Shown one piece after another: positions 62,130 to 64,000 of a stretch of 64,000 nucleotides of DNA. The position numbers and the translations under genes are program-made. The notes beneath the pieces were generated by a model. That model had not been told where the DNA came from, did no database searches, and saw only the letters and a list, made by a program, of their open reading frames with translations. Each line of letters starts with the position of its first letter. Position 1 is the stretch's first letter. The DNA is from Chiloscyllium plagiosum (lineage: Eukaryota): NCBI RefSeq assembly GCF_004010195.1, contig NC_057719.1:94906599-94970598 (forward strand), read 5' to 3'.

Positions 62130-64000
62130 TTCACTGGGTGAATCAGGTTGGTAGTAGATCCCAAGGAAAGGAATTTCTGAATTGTCCACAAGATGATTTG
62201 CTTGGAACACTTGTGGTTCTGCCAACTAGAGAACAGGCAATTCTGGATTTGGTAATAAGGCAGCCTTATTGAGGGAGCTGGAGGTGAAAGAACCCATTGG
62301 GGTAGTGCACATAATATGATAGAATTCACCCTGCAGTTTGAGAGGGAGAAGATTGAATTAGATGTAATGGCATCACACTTGAGGAAAAAAATAATTATAA
62401 AGATGTGAAAGTGGAGCTGGTAAGAATTGATTGTATGAGGAGCCTAGCAGGGAAGACAATGGAGCAGCAACAGCAGCAGTTTGGGAGGCATAGCAATAGA
62501 GAAGGAGCACACTAAGGGAAGGATGGGTAACTGAGAGGCAGGAGTGGACATTAGACTGTTGGGAAATGAAGCTGAAGAAGTAGTAATGGGGAATATAAAA
62601 ATAGTGGAAGAACTTAATTAGTAATTTGCATCAATCTTCAAGGTGGAAGGCACCATTGCAGCGTACCAGACCTTCATAGGGAGTCAGGGGCACAGGTGGA
62701 TGTGGTGGCCATCACTAACGAGAAGGTGCTGGAAAGCTGCAATGTCTGAAGATGAAAGTATCCTGGACCAGAAGTACTACACTCCAGAGCTCTGAAGGCA
62801 GTAGCTGTGAAGATTCTAGAGGCATTGGTGGTGATTTTTCAGGAAACATTGGAATCAGGGAGGATTACAGAGAACTGGAAAATGGCTAATGTAACATCCT
62901 GTTTAAGAAGGAAGGCAGGTCAAAGATAGCAAATTATAGGCTGATTAGCCTGACCTAAGATAACCAGACTGGTAAGATTTTAAAGTCCATCATTAAAGAT
63001 GAAATTGCGGAGTATTTGCAAGTGCATGGTAAAATAGGGCTCAGTCAATATAGTTTCTTCATGGCTGATAAATCTATTTGAATTCTTTGAGGAGGTAGCA
63101 AACAAGTTAAACAGAGGAGAGGCAGTGGACATGATCTACTTGGATTTCCAGAAGACCTTTGACATGGTATCACATAGAAGGCTACTAAATAAAATAAGAA
63201 TCCATGGTGTTAAGGGTAATGCACTGGTATTGATAGAGGATTGGCTAATTGGCAGAAGGCTGAGAGCAGGGCTAAGTGGGTCTTTTTCAGAATGGCAGTC
63301 AGTGACTACTGGAGTTCTGCAGGGGTCAGTTTTGGAACCACAGCTATTCACACCAGACATTAATGATCTGGATGAAGGAACTGAGGACATTGTTGCTAAG
63401 TTTGCAGATGACATAAAGACAGGTGGAGGCACAGGTAGTGTTGAGGAAATGGGGAGGCTGCAGGAGGACTTGGACAGGTTAGGAGAATGGGCACAGAACA
63501 GGCAGATGGAATACAATGCAGAAAAGTGTGAGGTCACACACATCAGTCGACAAAATAGAAGTAGAGATTATTTTCAAAATGGGCAACATTTTCAGAAATC
63601 TGACGCATAAAGGGACGTAGAAGTCCCAGTTCAGGATATTCTTAAGGTTAACATGCAAGTTAGGATGTTAGCAGTTAGGAAGGCAATGCAATGTTAGCAT
63701 TCATTTCAAGAGGGATAGAATACAAGAGCAGGGATGTACCGCTGAGGCTGTATAATACTCTGGTAAGACCACATTTGGAATATTGTGAGCAGTTTTCGGC
63801 CCCATATCTAAGGAAGATATGCTGGCATTGAAGGGGGTCCAAAGGAGACTTACAAGATAGATCCCAGTAATGAAGGGCTTGTTATATGAGGAGTGGTTTA
63901 GGATTTGGGGTCTGTACTCAATGGGTTTTAAAAGGATGAGGGGAAATCTCACTGAAACTTACAGAATACTGAGAGGCCTGGATAGAGTGGACATGGAGAC
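62130..64000 (+). mobile_element. CR1 LINE ORF2, degraded, running off the window end
   Basis: ENWKMANVT, DMIYLDFQKTFDMVSH, GVLQGSVLEPQLF, KFADDIK and RPHLEYCEQF. Confidence 0.85.

Noticed and set aside
4900..63610. RT-like ORFs as active reverse transcriptase genes
   Set aside because: All are short, frameshifted CR1 fragments; none has a complete ORF2.
55018..64000. pgr second zinc-finger exon
   Set aside because: No CAGRNDC/CPACR-type sequence found on the minus strand; presumably beyond the window end.

Overview
Eukaryotic genomic DNA, most likely from a cartilaginous fish (shark), inferred from HE1/V-SINE, CR1 and DeuSINE-like repeats. The window lies inside a steroid-receptor gene on the minus strand, best matching the progesterone receptor (pgr/NR3C3). 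Three coding exons (54715-55017, 29647-29791, 1862-1992) splice in frame with GT-AG ends across introns of about 25 kb and 28 kb. The receptor has Cys at the human Gly722 position, the RU486-sensitivity residue. The introns are full of transposons. The clearest structure is a nested stack at 3390-18815. An old CR1 LINE is split by a Gmr1-like Ty3/gypsy element (PR-IN order, SCAN-like gag). That element is in turn interrupted by a younger CR1, a defective HERV-I/IP-related endogenous retrovirus (about 98% identical LTRs, tRNA-Pro PBS, gag amber readthrough, env) and SINE/Penelope-derived inserts. More than ten short, often palindromic inserts carry minimal hammerhead-ribozyme-like cores (CUGANGA-A-stemII-GAAA) typical of Penelope-like elements, and many are flanked by 8-14 bp direct repeats. 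All calls were made by eye from sequence; no database searches were run, and TE boundaries without TSDs are approximate.
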